This document shows, one piece after another, positions 16,799 to 25,204 of a stretch of DNA of 48,834 nucleotides. A program made the position numbers and the translations under genes. Numbering within the stretch: position 1 is the stretch's first letter; each line of letters opens with the position of its first letter. Source of the stretch: an uncultured Candidatus Saccharibacteria bacterium (lineage in GTDB: Bacteria > Patescibacteriota > Minisyncoccia > Phycocordibacterales > XYD1-FULL-46-19); the NCBI GenBank assembly GCA_964539475.1, contig CAZIIR010000002.1, positions 7,474 through 56,307 of the forward strand, read 5' to 3'. The notes beneath the pieces were generated by a model. That model saw only the letters and a list, made by a program, of their open reading frames with translations. It was not told the DNA's origin and searched no databases.

Positions 16799-18250
16799 TT
16801 ATTTCTCCAAATCCAGAATCTCATCAATCCGAATCTGCGCGATGAACTCGGGCACGTGGGAGACGAGCACCATCGCCCCCTCATAGGCACTAAGGGCGGA
16901 AGCGATGACCGGCAAGTGGCGAAAGTTTATATGGTTGGTGGGCTCATCTAAAATAAGGAGAGCTGGCTCCTCAAGCACAAGGCGAGCAAAAGCCACCAAA
17001 CCTTTTTGCCCTTCAGAGAGAAAGCCGATTTTAGTATCGATAAGTTCGCCCCGAATTTGAAACCCGGCAGCGACCGAACGCATTTTTTCTTCATCGGCTT
17101 TTTTCATTGCCGACATTAGCGACCGGAAAACAGTGTCTTCAAAATTGAGTGTGGAAAAATCTTGACGGTAGTAACCCACTTTTACCCCGGGGGTAATAGT
17201 GGCGCCATAGGCGGTACCGGCGGCCAACTTTTCGAGTAGAGTACTTTTGCCAATACCGTTGGGCCCAGACAGAAGCAGGTGCTGATTTTTACGCAAAGAA
17301 ATTTTGGTTTTTTTGTCGACAGTTTTGCCTTTCTTCACAATAGTAAAAGACGAGATGTTTAGTATTTCCCCTACTACGTCGAGCTGGGCAGGAATAAAAA
17401 AAGGGCGGATTGGTCGGTCTTCACGGCGCACCTCCACTTTTTCTTCTTCTAGTTCTTCAGCTTTCTCACGCATTTTTTTGGCCACCACACGCATCCGGCC
17501 ACCCTTTTGGGCAAAAAAGTTGGCTTTGTCTTTGTTGGCTTGCACTTCTTTGGCCAACTGGGCGTTTTTCATATTTTCTTTCGCAATACGAGCACTGATT
17601 TCAGCGACCACGTCGAAATAGTTTCCCACATACTGCTCCACTTTTTTAGTAAAAACATCGAGATACAAAACCCCGTGAGTGAAGGCATTGAGAAAATCGG
17701 CATCGTGGGAAATGACAATGCACGACTTTTTATAGTTGACCAAAAAGTTGGTGAGGTGTTCAATCCCCGCTTTGTCGAGGTTGTTGGTCGGCTCGTCTAA
17801 AAGCAAGAGGTCGGGATCTTGAATAAGGGCCGAAGCTAAAAGTAAGCGGGCCTGCTGACCCCCAGAAAAAGAGCGCACGATGCGGTCGTGGTCAGCCTCA
17901 AGGTTGACTGCCTCCAACACGGCATCAATCCGCGGGTCGATATCGTAAACTTTTTCTTTAAAGCGTTTAGTAAAAAATTCTCGCAAAGTAAGGTCCATTT
18001 CACTACGCGGAATCACTTGGCGCGCCGTAGCAATGGAGAGACGTGAGGCAATGTTGATTTCCCCTTTGTCGGGAGTAAGGGCGCCAGTAATCAGACCAAA
18101 AATAGTACTTTTGCCGGCGCCGTTTTGACCCATCAGAGTAACCTTGGCCCCCCGGCGCACCGAAAAACCCACTTCATTTAGAATGGGCTTGTTGGGGCCG
18201 TGCTCGAAAGACACTTCCTCAAAACGGACAATGGAACCGTCGTTGGCCAT
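16799..18250 (-). CDS. ABC-F family ATPase (two NBDs, no TM domain)
   Basis: NBD1 has GQNGAGKST, LSGGQQARLLLA and LLLLDEPTNNLD. NBD2 has GPNGIGKSTLL, LSEGQKG and LILDEPTNHI. A charged linker lies between them. The ATG lies 8 nt after TGTTATAAT. Confidence 0.9.
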   Translation of the reverse strand: MANDGSIVRFEEVSFEHGPNKPILNEVGFSVRRGAKVTLMGQNGAGKSTIFGLITGALTPDKGEINIASRLSIATARQVIPRSEMDLTLREFFTKRFKEKVYDIDPRIDAVLEAVNLEADHDRIVRSFSGGQQARLLLASALIQDPDLLLLDEPTNNLDKAGIEHLTNFLVNYKKSCIVISHDADFLNAFTHGVLYLDVFTKKVEQYVGNYFDVVAEISARIAKENMKNAQLAKEVQANKDKANFFAQKGGRMRVVAKKMREKAEELEEEKVEVRREDRPIRPFFIPAQLDVVGEILNISSFTIVKKGKTVDKKTKISLRKNQHLLLSGPNGIGKSTLLEKLAAGTAYGATITPGVKVGYYRQDFSTLNFEDTVFRSLMSAMKKADEEKMRSVAAGFQIRGELIDTKIGFLSEGQKGLVAFARLVLEEPALLILDEPTNHINFRHLPVIASALSAYEGAMVLVSHVPEFIAQIRIDEILDLEK

Positions 18251-18423
18251 AAGGCGCTATTATAACACGATTTTGGAAAATGAAAAAGTAGGGCTGTCAA
18301 AAAACATTTAGCGAGGCTAGTTTATTTTCCAAACCTTGCGGAGGTGTCGGCCGGCAGGGTTTTGGCCTTAGGTATTTTGTGTCAGCAGACACGAGGCCAA
18401 ACGGCCCTTGATTACGCAGAAGA

Positions 18424-18446
18424 AAAGCCCTCGCTGGAGGGCTTTT
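18424..18446 (-). terminator. Hairpin terminator downstream of the 18480-19211 gene
   Basis: aaagccctc / gagggcttt stem, loop gctg. Confidence 0.6.
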
Positions 18447-18479
18447 CTGTGTTTGGAAAAGAAAATCTAGACGAGTAAT

Positions 18480-19211
18480 TTATTTTCTGTCGTTACCTTT
18501 TCCACCCCAGTGGCCAAAGTTTAATGACAACCTCTGCCACAAACCAGACTTTTCACCTAGACTATTGTTAGTCTGCGGTTTGTTACTTAAGATACTAACA
18601 CTCTCGGCGACAATGACACGGGTCGCACTGTTGTACACACCGACGACTTTTACTTGCTTATCATCGGCTAGATCAGACAAGGAAATAGTGTCACCATCTT
18701 CATCGCGAATCACCGCATTGTCGGCATCAACATTTATCTCGCCAAAACGAAGGGTGTCGAGCTCAAATTCCTCGTCAGAGACATTTAAGTTGTCGATAAC
18801 ACCATTGACGGTAGTTTTAAGCGGAGCATTGAGCGACCAATCTTTTACTACTTCCGCATCGACAGTGAGCGAGGTACCAGACTGGAGGTCGCCAGAGAAA
18901 CTAATGAGGTGACCGACGGCGATATTGTCTTTGTCGATAGTGCCACCGTTTTTGCCAACAAACTTAGTATTGTTGTCTAAGTCTACGCGCCAAACAAGCT
19001 CGGTGGCTCCAAAGTCGGCGCGAGCAGTAATAAGAGAATCGGAAACACTAGTTACTTCGGCTCCGCGGACCACCACGTCGCCATTGTCGGCAATATGGAC
19101 TTCCAAAGTGGAACCCAGACGGTGAGCCACGTCACCATTAGCGAGAGCGAGGGCTGGTAGCCCTAATGCTAAAACCGTAAAAACCCCAATAAGATTCTTG
19201 AATTTTTTCAT
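18480..19211 (-). CDS. Secreted hypothetical protein (signal peptide, repeated beta-rich segments)
   Basis: The signal is MKKFKNLIGVFTVLALGLPALALA. I recognised no catalytic motif. A TATAAT lies 16 nt upstream of the ATG. Confidence 0.6.
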   Translation of the reverse strand: MKKFKNLIGVFTVLALGLPALALANGDVAHRLGSTLEVHIADNGDVVVRGAEVTSVSDSLITARADFGATELVWRVDLDNNTKFVGKNGGTIDKDNIAVGHLISFSGDLQSGTSLTVDAEVVKDWSLNAPLKTTVNGVIDNLNVSDEEFELDTLRFGEINVDADNAVIRDEDGDTISLSDLADDKQVKVVGVYNSATRVIVAESVSILSNKPQTNNSLGEKSGLWQRLSLNFGHWGGKGNDRK

Positions 19212-19303
19212 AAATTTAAGCAGGAAAATTATAACTAATAAACCGGCCTTTATTTCCTGTACCTATATGTAGACGATTCAAGAACTATTTTGTTGCAAGG
19301 GGC

Positions 19304-20140
19304 TTACTCGGTGGCCACGGGGACAGTGCCACAAGCCTGCCTAGTCTCATCTAAAATAGCAAAGACTTCATCGATGACCGGCTCTACCGCTCGCACATCA
19401 CGACCGTCTTTCAGATTTAAATAAACATCCAAAGCATGGGTTTGCATCGCCGACTCCACTTCACATTGGCGAAAACGATATTGGGCTTCGGCCCAAGAAA
19501 TAAAGACACTGCCGGTACCAGAAACCAGCGGTACAGCTTGCCCCTCCTCCAAAACGGTCAGTTTGCGCACAAGTACACCCTCGTCTTGGGCGATCCCCTC
19601 CACCGCTACCTGTCGGCCCCCAAAGGCCGTGTCGAAAGGTGAAGACATAGCCACACAAGGCAAAGCGCCGTTTGAGGCGGCACAGACACTGAGCTCGTCG
19701 AGGTAAAGCGTCTGTTGTTTGCCTTCGACTATAATAATAGGATAACTAGACGAAGCCGAAATAGTACCAGTAACAACTGTATTTATTGGTTCAGTGGGTT
19801 CGTTGACCTGCACACAATCGACAAAAATCGGACTACCAGCCTCTTCTAAAAAGGCCGTGCGTCCTTTGTTCCAAAAAACTACCGCCTCGCCTTCGTTGGC
19901 AAAGCGAGCGCCAGAAGCAGAAATTACTTGTTCGAGAGTAAAGCTACGCCCGTCGGAAAGCTTGAGCGCTACGATACCGTCGCTAAAACCAGCTTCAATC
20001 GCCTTGCCACCAGTACAAGCAAAAGCGACCACTGTGTCTGGCGTAGCTACCTGTTGGTCTAATTTAGATGAACCAAAATAGTAAATGGCTCCGAGTAATA
20101 AAATGACTACCACAATAGCGCCAATAGCTTTGGTTTGCAT
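19304..20140 (-). CDS. Membrane-anchored protein with MliC-like (lysozyme inhibitor) domain
   Basis: The TM anchor is AIGAIVVVILLLGAIYYF. The segment FACTGGKAIEAGF..VALKLSDGRSFTLEQVISASGARFAN..AVVFWNKGRTAFLEE follows the MliC pattern. The start is set at ATG 20140, because the longer ORF would overlap the upstream gene. Confidence 0.6.
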   Translation of the reverse strand: MQTKAIGAIVVVILLLGAIYYFGSSKLDQQVATPDTVVAFACTGGKAIEAGFSDGIVALKLSDGRSFTLEQVISASGARFANEGEAVVFWNKGRTAFLEEAGSPIFVDCVQVNEPTEPINTVVTGTISASSSYPIIIVEGKQQTLYLDELSVCAASNGALPCVAMSSPFDTAFGGRQVAVEGIAQDEGVLVRKLTVLEEGQAVPLVSGTGSVFISWAEAQYRFRQCEVESAMQTHALDVYLNLKDGRDVRAVEPVIDEVFAILDETRQACGTVPVATE

Positions 20141-20144
20141 ATTT

Positions 20145-20474
20145 TTATAACAATTTAAAACCAATAATTTTTACTTCCGTATCCGGACCAACTCTGTCAC
20201 CATAATAACGGCGGTAGGTGTCATACATCTCTTCATTGCTAGCAAATTTTTCGTGACCGGTAAAATCGGTCGGCTGGAGCTCTCCTAAAATTTTTATTTT
20301 AACCGACAACAATTCAACCTCCGCAAATTTTTCACCCGTATTCGAATTTACCATCTCTACCTTGTCGCCTACTGTTAGATTTTTGTCATCAAACAAACGC
20401 CAAGTGGTATCTTTTTCACCAGACAAAACGAGTGGTACCAAATGTTCACGAAATTTTAGAGTTTTGGCAACCAT
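20145..20474 (-). CDS. ASCH domain protein
   Basis: 109 aa. The segment LKFREHLVPLVLSGEKDTTWRLFDDKNLTVGDKVEMV matches the ASCH N-terminal pattern. Confidence 0.65.
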   Translation of the reverse strand: MVAKTLKFREHLVPLVLSGEKDTTWRLFDDKNLTVGDKVEMVNSNTGEKFAEVELLSVKIKILGELQPTDFTGHEKFASNEEMYDTYRRYYGDRVGPDTEVKIIGFKLL

Positions 20475-20483
20475 AAAAAACTA

Positions 20484-20867
20484 TCAATTTATAATATTAG
20501 CTTTTAGACCTGTTTTTTCTTCTAAGGCATCTAGGGCATCACAAATCTCATTGTATAAATCTGTTAGCCCCTCATTAGAAGCTGGTCGGCAATTTTCACC
20601 CAAAGTGTCGAGAGCCCCTTGCTCGTCGCCAACCGCTAGAAAAAAATCTACCATTTCCATATCAACCCTAATCTGCGCCTCTCTTATCTCCTTCTGCGAC
20701 TTATTTTCAATATCAATTTTGGCTAACTTTTCATCGCGCCAACGGCTCACTTTTTCTTTATTTTCTTCTGTTAAACCTTCAATTTCTAAAACTTTTAACA
20801 AGTCAGATTTTTCCAAGTCTGACTCACCCTGTTCAGCACTATTTTCGATATTTGGTAGTTTTTTCAT
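20484..20867 (-). CDS. Hypothetical acidic helical protein (127 aa)
   Basis: The ORF is the longest reading frame at this locus and lies between annotated genes. A TATAAT lies upstream. I recognised no family motif. Confidence 0.5.
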   Translation of the reverse strand: MKKLPNIENSAEQGESDLEKSDLLKVLEIEGLTEENKEKVSRWRDEKLAKIDIENKSQKEIREAQIRVDMEMVDFFLAVGDEQGALDTLGENCRPASNEGLTDLYNEICDALDALEEKTGLKANIIN

Positions 20868-20954
20868 AGGTTTGGGTTAGTTAACGTAATAGCTAGATTA
20901 TACTTGCAAAGCGTGATAATTTGAAATTAGCGAAATTTGGACGTTTAAACGACG

Positions 20955-21164
20955 ATGGAGGGTTTGGTTATGACCACAAAAGAAGGGTTGGGGTTGGTGG
21001 CGGGAATAATGCCTCTGGTGTTATCCCTTTACGTGATATTGAAATATAAAGCAGCCACTAAAGCTGAGCCCAGAGAGCTCCCAGATACCCCAACACCTAA
21101 CGACCGAGTTTTTCAGAAATTTTTGAAAAAACATGGCGGTGCAGATATGGACCGCATGGGTTAG
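20955..21164 (+). CDS. Small membrane protein
   Basis: One TM helix (LGLVAGIMPLVLSLYVIL). GGAGGG at 20957-20962 favours ATG 20970 as the start. A strong terminator follows. Confidence 0.45.
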   Translation: MEGLVMTTKEGLGLVAGIMPLVLSLYVILKYKAATKAEPRELPDTPTPNDRVFQKFLKKHGGADMDRMG

Positions 21165-21179
21165 GGACGACCTTAACCC

Positions 21180-21218
21180 AAATCCCCCAGGGCGCGCTCC
21201 GCGCGCCCTGGGGGATTT
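21180..21218. terminator. GC-rich bidirectional terminator between convergent genes
   Basis: aaatcccccagggcgcgc / gcgcgccctgggggattt, an 18-bp perfect stem. Confidence 0.85.
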
Positions 21219-21244
21219 CATTTATCTTTAATCTAATTTACTTT

Positions 21245-22462
21245 CTAAATCGAATCTAGTGCTTCATCCACCAAATCCATCGCCTCGTCGGCTAAATCTA
21301 TTGCCTCATCGTAGTCTTCGTCATCGAAGGCATCGTTAGCATCGTCGAGAACATCTTCAGCCTCATTTAATAAATCTTCGGCTTCGTCGGTATCGTCGCC
21401 GTCATCATTTGCATTATCAACCTCATCCCAAGCATCACTAATTGCGTCTTCTGCATCGTTAATTGAATCTTCAGCATCACTTTCATCGCTATCATCGCCA
21501 ATAGCGTCGATAGCGTCGTCGACTAGGTCTTCCGCTTCCTCAGCCAAGTCGCGAGCCTCGTCTATATCGTCATCATCGAGAGCATTTTTGGCATCATCGA
21601 GAGTGTCTTCTGCTTCAGTTAGTAAATCTTCAGCCTTATCCACATCTTCACCATTATCGTCGGCTTGCTCGATTTCATCCCAAGCGGCGTCGATATCGTC
21701 TTCGACTTCATCAATCAACTCATCTACCTCATCATCTTCCGACACTCCACCTGCATCTTCAAAGGCATCGAGAGCATTGTCGTAGGCGTCATCGGCAGCA
21801 CCGGAAGCATTTTCTAATTTACCGCCAAAGTAAAAGCGCACAGCATCAAACAAATCCACCCGAGCATCTTCGAGTTGCCCTTCGGCATTGTCGACATTTT
21901 CGCCACCATCTTGAGCATCATCAATCTCATCTACCGCATCTTCAATTTGATTGATAGCCTTTAAAATAAGGTCGCGCACACTCTTTTCGCTGACTGAAAC
22001 ACTAGGAGTAACAGTGGTACTGCCTTGTCCTTTTAGTAAATCTTTTAGCTGAGCTTCTAGCTGCGCCAGAGCGCTGTTGTTGGTATTAGTATTTGTGGTA
22101 GCGGTAACAGAGGAACCACCACCCACTAGACCAGCATAAGTCTCACGCGACTTGGCCCCAAAATAGCCAGTAGCCGGAGCAATACCCTTGGCGGTTTGCC
22201 ACTTGGCAATAGCCGCCTTAGTGAGGTCGCGCAGTAGGTTGGTCTCGTAGCCAGGCGCCCCTACACCAGTGGTTGCAATAATAAAGCCGGCTCCGTTTAG
22301 GTATTTTTGTAAACAACGCACATCTTCACCTGTCGCCCCTAGGTCGAGATCGCGTGTAAAGTTACATTTTTCGGCTGCAGTAGCGGTACTTGTCCCACCC
22401 AAGACTACAAAGAGAGCCATGAGAGCGAACAAAGATGAATAAATTATTTTTGAATATTTCAT
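21245..22462 (-). CDS. Secreted peptidoglycan-binding domain protein with long acidic repeat region
   Basis: It has a signal peptide. The PG_binding_1-like segment is GATGEDVRCLQKYLN...AAIAKWQTAKGI. The C-terminal 235 aa consist almost entirely of D, E and A repeats. Confidence 0.75.
   Translation of the reverse strand: MKYSKIIYSSLFALMALFVVLGGTSTATAAEKCNFTRDLDLGATGEDVRCLQKYLNGAGFIIATTGVGAPGYETNLLRDLTKAAIAKWQTAKGIAPATGYFGAKSRETYAGLVGGGSSVTATTNTNTNNSALAQLEAQLKDLLKGQGSTTVTPSVSVSEKSVRDLILKAINQIEDAVDEIDDAQDGGENVDNAEGQLEDARVDLFDAVRFYFGGKLENASGAADDAYDNALDAFEDAGGVSEDDEVDELIDEVEDDIDAAWDEIEQADDNGEDVDKAEDLLTEAEDTLDDAKNALDDDDIDEARDLAEEAEDLVDDAIDAIGDDSDESDAEDSINDAEDAISDAWDEVDNANDDGDDTDEAEDLLNEAEDVLDDANDAFDDEDYDEAIDLADEAMDLVDEALDSI
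21248..21955 (-). repeat. Three tandem acidic repeats of about 70-80 aa within the coding sequence
   Basis: The units AWDEIEQADDNGEDVDKAEDLLTEAEDTLDDAKNALDDDDIDEARDLAEEAEDLVDDAIDAI and AWDEVDNANDDGDDTDEAEDLLNEAEDVLDDANDAFDDEDYDEAIDLADEAMDLVDEALDSI are near-duplicates. A third, more diverged copy lies upstream. Confidence 0.75.
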
Positions 22463-22602
22463 ATTTTTAAATTTAACTAGTAACTAGACTGAAAATCTAT
22501 CCAACAATTATACACCAACTTTCGAGTTACCCCAAAGACCTCGGGCCTCTCCTCTTGGTACTAAAACGAATGAACTAACTTATCTTTACAAAATAAGGGT
22601 TT

Positions 22603-23850
22603 TTAAACATGACTACCCGCCACATAACCAGTGGTCCAACATAACTGAAGCGAATATCCACCGGAGGGCCGAGAAATATGCAGGAGGTCCCCCGTTAAAT
22701 ACAAATTAGAAATTATTTTTGAACCCATAGTACGAGTGTCTATTTCCACCAAAGGCACCCCGCCGTCGGCCACCACTGCCCGGTCAAAACCCATAAGCCC
22801 TTTTATAGTAAACGGCAAACATTTCAGAACTCGAGTGAGACTTTTTCTCTCTAGTTTAGTAACACTATGAACTTTTTTATCAGGAGCTACCGGTAAAATA
22901 CCAGCCGACAACAACCCGGTAGCCAAAGCGGGGGCTAAAATTTCTTTCAAAGTATTTTTAAAACTCTTGTTTTTAGTGCTATCAAAAACTGTTATCAATA
23001 ATTTTTCCAAAGAACCTAAATCAAGGTTGGGGAATAAATCAATATTAGCAATCACTGGACCAGTATGAAGAAAGTCCGCCACCCCTGAGGCACTGTTTAA
23101 AACTAGTGGGCCCGATAAACCAAAGTGAGTGAAAAGAAGTGGCCCCCTTTTTACCAATTTCTTTTTGTCAGTGCTTAAAAAGGTTAATTTCATTTCCGGC
23201 ACTGTCACCCCAGCCAAGTTTTTTACCCACACTTCTTCCACCGCCAGAGGAACAATAGTGGGTGAAGGAGGGGCAACTTGGTGGCCAAGTTTGGTAAGCC
23301 AGCCAAAACCATCGCCAGTCGAACCAGTTTCGGGGTGCGAAACCCCACCAGTGGCTAAAATAAAACATTTGGCACTAAATTTACCCTGCTTAGTGTTAAC
23401 ACTTTTTACAATATTACCTTCACGCTCAATACCAGTTACCGCCAGACCAGTTTTTACCTCTACTTGGCCAGTAGCTAAATATTTAACTAAAACAGCTAGC
23501 ACATCCTCTGCTTTTTCGGTGCCAGGAAACACACGACCACGGTCTTGGGTTACCAGTGGTAGTTGGCGCCGTTCAAAAAACTTGAAAGTATCACCTACAC
23601 CAAACTGAGTGAAAGCCGAATGTAAAAATGGTTCGGCTGAACCATATTTCTTTAAAAAAATATGTTGATCGGGCTCGGCATTGGTAATATTACAGCGACC
23701 ACCGCCAGTAATTTTTAATTTCTGGCCCAGCGACTTGTTTTTTTCCAGTAGTAAGACTGTCTTACCCCTCTCGGCCGCTCGGCCGGCCGCCATTAGACCT
23801 GAAGCGCCACCGCCAACCACAATGACATCATAAATTTTATTGGGCGTCAT
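22603..23850 (-). CDS. FAD-dependent oxidoreductase, HI0933/YhiN-like flavoprotein
   Basis: The start is set at ATG 23850 (MTPNKIYDVIVVGGGASGLMAAGRAAERG, a Rossmann GxGxxG). The motif GGGRCNITN is typical of the HI0933 family. The 74 codons upstream in the ORF track overlap the next gene and its terminator. Confidence 0.85.
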   Translation of the reverse strand: MTPNKIYDVIVVGGGASGLMAAGRAAERGKTVLLLEKNKSLGQKLKITGGGRCNITNAEPDQHIFLKKYGSAEPFLHSAFTQFGVGDTFKFFERRQLPLVTQDRGRVFPGTEKAEDVLAVLVKYLATGQVEVKTGLAVTGIEREGNIVKSVNTKQGKFSAKCFILATGGVSHPETGSTGDGFGWLTKLGHQVAPPSPTIVPLAVEEVWVKNLAGVTVPEMKLTFLSTDKKKLVKRGPLLFTHFGLSGPLVLNSASGVADFLHTGPVIANIDLFPNLDLGSLEKLLITVFDSTKNKSFKNTLKEILAPALATGLLSAGILPVAPDKKVHSVTKLERKSLTRVLKCLPFTIKGLMGFDRAVVADGGVPLVEIDTRTMGSKIISNLYLTGDLLHISRPSGGYSLQLCWTTGYVAGSHV

Positions 23851-23887
23851 ATTTAAAGGTAAATTATAGCAAAATATTAAAACAAAG

Positions 23888-23916
23888 ACCCGGGGTTCGC
23901 TACGCGAACCCCGGGT
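23888..23916 (-). terminator. Intrinsic terminator of the 23939-24499 gene
   Basis: acccggggttcgc / gcgaaccccgggt stem. On the minus strand it is followed by ctttgtttt. Confidence 0.85.
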
Positions 23917-23938
23917 TAGCTTATTTCTTCTCTGTTTT

Positions 23939-24499
23939 CTAAAATCTATCCACCACCAGCTGACCCATCGGCCACACCTCCGACCGGGTGAGGCAGTAGT
24001 AGCGATCGTCCGCGGCCGAGAAAAGTTCTTCGAGACTAAACACGTGACCAGCCCGATTAAACTGCTCGACATAGCCAGGTCCAGACATCAATTCCCAGAT
24101 TAAACGTACAATACCCTGCTCACAGACGAGAGGCCATTCGTGTTTTTCGTCTTCCTTGTACCAATAAACCATTTCCCGAACCAAAAGGGCCAGAAAATTA
24201 GGTTCGGGCATAAGAGCAAGATCAAAAAACAAAGAAAGTTGCACTTCCGGCACGTCTCCCATCTCTAGGCGGTGACAAATTTCTGCCTCCAAAATCTTTT
24301 GATCGAGAGTATCGATGTCTACCCCACCTTCAGTGTTGGTCACTAGTGGTAAAAAACTCATTACCCGCTCCAGTAACCGTGAGCGAACACTACGGCCAAG
24401 CGAAACTCCGCACGCAGAATAACGCTGACACAAACGACTCATCAATATCCTCATTAGGCTGGAGGAGGATACTTCACTCAAATTTTGCTGGTCAGACAC
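23939..24499 (-). CDS. Hypothetical protein (186 aa), GC-rich unit
   Basis: GTG start preceded by AAAGGAGGG. It has its own terminator. I recognised no family motif. Confidence 0.65.
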   Translation of the reverse strand: MSDQQNLSEVSSSSLMRILMSRLCQRYSACGVSLGRSVRSRLLERVMSFLPLVTNTEGGVDIDTLDQKILEAEICHRLEMGDVPEVQLSLFFDLALMPEPNFLALLVREMVYWYKEDEKHEWPLVCEQGIVRLIWELMSGPGYVEQFNRAGHVFSLEELFSAADDRYYCLTRSEVWPMGQLVVDRF

Positions 24500-24566
24500 G
24501 TTAAAGACCCTCCTTTCTTGGTCTGGGTTCTACCTTACACCACAAATTAACTAATGAAAAGCGGTT

Positions 24567-24881
24567 TTATTTTTTAGTTTTAGCCTCGGCCATTTCGTCT
24601 TCCAACTTCTTGTGCAAATCACCAATCTCCCGCTGGGTTTCCTCCATTCCCTGTTCTAGTTCTTGTTTACTGTTTTGCAGAGTAACTAGCTGGCTCTCGA
24701 GTTTTTCCAACTCCTGGCGTTGTTTGTTAAGCTCATTTTCTTTAGCTTGAATACTTTGTTTTGAATTTTCTATTTCCCGCTCTTTTCTAACGACTTCTTG
24801 AGACTTGGTTTTCACCGCCTCGGTCGACTTCTCTATCTCCCGCTGTAAATTTCTAATTTGTTGTTCTAGAGCTGATGCCAT
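24567..24881 (-). CDS. Coiled-coil protein (104 aa)
   Basis: Continuous heptad-like sequence rich in E, K and Q. It is the only sizeable ORF in this interval. Confidence 0.55.
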   Translation of the reverse strand: MASALEQQIRNLQREIEKSTEAVKTKSQEVVRKEREIENSKQSIQAKENELNKQRQELEKLESQLVTLQNSKQELEQGMEETQREIGDLHKKLEDEMAEAKTKK

Positions 24882-24960
24882 ATTGTTTTAGTTAGTTGGT
24901 ATAAGAAAATCTTAACACCGTACCCGGCAAAAATACAATCCTGTTAATATTATATAATTG

Positions 24961-24988
24961 TTGACAAATGTCTGATATGTTATATTAT
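24961..24988 (+). promoter_or_regulatory. Sigma-70 type promoter
   Basis: TTGACA (24961-24966), a 16-nt spacer, then TATTAT (24983-24988). Confidence 0.65.
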
Positions 24989-24994
24989 AGTGAA

Positions 24995-25099
24995 ATGAAT
25001 AAAGGTATTCAGATTATGAATATGAGTTGGACCAGCGCCTCAAAACGTGCGGTTTTCGTGTTGCCGTACGACCGCCATTCAGCTTATATTCAATCGTGA
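24995..25099 (+). CDS. Candidate leaderless 34-codon leader ORF (MNKGIQIMNMSWTSASKRAVFVLPYDRHSAYIQS)
   Basis: The ATG lies 6 nt after the -10, the same geometry seen at five other genes in the window. The ORF ends at TGA 25097-25099, upstream of the alternative hairpins. Confidence 0.3.
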   Translation: MNKGIQIMNMSWTSASKRAVFVLPYDRHSAYIQS

Positions 25100-25131
25100 T
25101 ACTTTTAGCCCTCTTCCTCAAATAACCTAGA

Positions 25132-25171
25132 AAAATCTCGACTGAATGAAAGCCGAGATTTTTTATTCAGT
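25132..25171 (+). promoter_or_regulatory. Terminator/anti-terminator-like alternative helices in the MFS leader
   Basis: aaaatctcg (25132-25140) pairs with cgagatttt (25154-25162) and is followed by Ts. The loop segment ctgaatg (25142-25148) can instead pair with cattcag (25076-25082) or attcagt (25165-25171). Confidence 0.4.
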
Positions 25172-25204
25172 CAGTGATCTTTTACAACTAGAAGCAGAGG
25201 AGAA

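Noticed and set aside
18251-18423. Possible small RNA or tRNA-like element in the 230-nt gap upstream of the ABC-F gene (short hairpins ggccgtttggcc and gtgtctgctgacac).
   Set aside because: There is no T-loop or anticodon-arm architecture and no promoter or terminator of its own. It is most simply read as the spacer between a terminator and the TGTTATAAT promoter.
22603-24072. 489-aa version of the flavoprotein ORF that extends 74 codons upstream of MTPNKIYDVIVVGGG.
   Set aside because: The extension runs through the 23888-23916 terminator hairpin and overlaps the 3' end of the 23939-24499 gene. The Rossmann fold begins right after ATG 23850, so the start was set there.
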